A DNA stretch of 64,000 nt from Mobula birostris. Lineage: Eukaryota. The notes beneath the pieces are model-generated. The model was not told where the DNA came from. It did not search any database and was given only the letters and a program-made list of their open reading frames with translations. The stretch is from the NCBI RefSeq assembly GCF_030028105.1, contig NC_092400.1, forward strand, positions 17,918,001-17,982,000, written 5' to 3'. The first letter of the stretch is position 1. Every line of letters begins with the position of its first letter. The position numbers and the translations under genes are program-made. Shown here one piece after another: positions 62,679 through 64,000 of this stretch.

Positions 62679-63710
62679 CTAGTTCACGCGGACCGGGAGC
62701 GATCGGATGGCTGTCGATGAGCTCGTTTGCTGATCCACAGTCTGCCCCTCCCTGGATGTTCCTTGTTCAGTGGATGATCTGCGAGAGTTTAAATTAAGAC
62801 CAAGTAGAGCTTTCTCCAAAGCATGTTGAAACTGCGAAGTTGAAAAATAGTAAATAATGGGATCGACCACACTGTTCAAATACGTAATAAACAACGTATT
62901 GTAAAAGATATTCGCTGCTGTGCGATACGACTTGCAGTCGGATGGTTTTCTTAGTTTAGTCACCAAAACCGCAACCACAGCAACGCTGGTGGGCAAGAAG
63001 CAAATGACAAAAACCACAGCCAGGGCTATCACAAGTTTCACAGTTCGCTTATATTTAGCCTGCATTTCAGCTTCCATCTGCCGTAACCTCCAGATGATGG
63101 AGGACGTAGAGAACAGGATAACTGAAACTGGCAAAAGAAACTGAAAAAATATCAAAATAAAGTCAGTCCAAACTGCTGAGGGACTTAGAGCCTTGTTTAT
63201 GCTGAAAGGCTCACAGTTTGTCACGTTGTGTTGTTCGAAGAGATGTTTGTCTATCAGCAAGTGCAAGCAAATAGCCACCGCTACAATCCACAGACCGCCT
63301 GCTATCATCACCGCACACCTTGTAGAGATCTTGTTTACCTTGTGGAGTGGATGGACCACCTTAAAGTAACGATCGATCGCTATAACCATGAGGAAAAAGA
63401 CGCTGCCAATCCGGTTCAGGGAAATCGTGAAAACGTTCACTCGACACATTCCATCACCAAAACTCCAGACCTTCCCTCGGATAAAATAAACAGCCCGAAA
63501 AGGTAGACAGCACATTAACAGAGTGTCCGCAATCATGAGATTCAGTGAATACACAATACTTGGTTTCCGCGACTTCACATGAACACAAAAGATCCACAAA
63601 GCAATCGTATTTCCAGCAAGCCCGAGGATGAATGTGACGATGATTATGGGCGAGTTGTAGGATGAGTTAACATCTTCAGCAGGAGCACATTGCGGGGTCG
63701 AGTTCGTCAT
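62679..63710 (-). CDS. Hydroxycarboxylic acid receptor-like GPCR, paralog C, 343 aa
   Basis: Intact 7TM ORF, about 90% amino-acid identity to paralog B (35 differences by manual count), with the same HCAR motifs. Confidence 0.94.
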   Translation of the reverse strand: MTNSTPQCAPAEDVNSSYNSPIIIVTFILGLAGNTIALWIFCVHVKSRKPSIVYSLNLMIADTLLMCCLPFRAVYFIRGKVWSFGDGMCRVNVFTISLNRIGSVFFLMVIAIDRYFKVVHPLHKVNKISTRCAVMIAGGLWIVAVAICLHLLIDKHLFEQHNVTNCEPFSINKALSPSAVWTDFILIFFQFLLPVSVILFSTSSIIWRLRQMEAEMQAKYKRTVKLVIALAVVFVICFLPTSVAVVAVLVTKLRKPSDCKSYRTAANIFYNTLFITYLNSVVDPIIYYFSTSQFQHALEKALLGLNLNSRRSSTEQGTSREGQTVDQQTSSSTAIRSLPVRVN

Positions 63711-63794
63711 TGTGCGAAAAGGTTAAGTTGTGCCCGGGCAGAGCAAACTCAACCAGAGACAAACAATCTGTAAAGCTGATCTTCGAATGAGTTT

Positions 63795-63880
63795 GTTCCC
63801 CTGTGGGTGGAGTATATGGGCGGAGTGAAATAGTCAGAGCACCAATAAATTGTGCGATCGAATAATCAATTCCCGGAAAA
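63795..63880 (-). promoter_or_regulatory. Candidate promoter of paralog C (GC box, CCAAT, GAS)
   Basis: GGGCGGAG at ~63818, CCAAT at 63842 and TTCCCGGAA at 63870-63878; homologous region upstream of B and of the pseudogene. Confidence 0.5.
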
Positions 63881-64000
63881 CTAGACGCATCAGCATTTAA
63901 ATTAAGCAGCAAACAATGAAATATATTTAGCTTTCATTGCCAGGCATAAAATTGTACAATTTTGCTGTTGAGTGCATGAATAATTTTATATTAAAAATTA

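Larger units (their letters stand above)
58200..64000. repeat. Tandem segmental duplication unit 3 (contains paralog C)
   Basis: 59830-64000 is highly similar to 43120-46965 apart from insertions. Confidence 0.9.

Overview
Eukaryotic, repeat-rich vertebrate DNA. The repeat mix (V-SINEs, CR1, Rex1/Babar, Penelope) suggests a cartilaginous fish, probably a ray; this is inference only. The host genes are a tandem cluster of minus-strand class A GPCRs with intronless CDSs, from the hydroxycarboxylic acid receptor (HCAR) family. There are three intact ORFs (31749-32768, 45638-46669, 62679-63710), one pseudogene disrupted by an L1 (55669-55881) and a 51-bp TM5 relic (33921-33971). The right part of the window is a three-unit tandem segmental duplication. 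The rest is nested transposons: a Nimb/I-type LINE with RNase H, an IR/DR Tc1, a full-length CsRn1-type Gypsy element with an in-frame 6x51-bp repeat in its RT, an inverted-repeat Penelope with a 15-bp TSD and minimal hammerhead ribozymes, plus L1, Tx1, CR1, Rex1, solo LTRs, SINEs and MITEs. The main leads are an expanded HCAR subfamily with an altered ligand pocket, paralog-specific loss of a GAS element, and hammerhead-bearing palindromes near the receptor genes. All assignments are from motif recognition and manual comparison; no searches were run.
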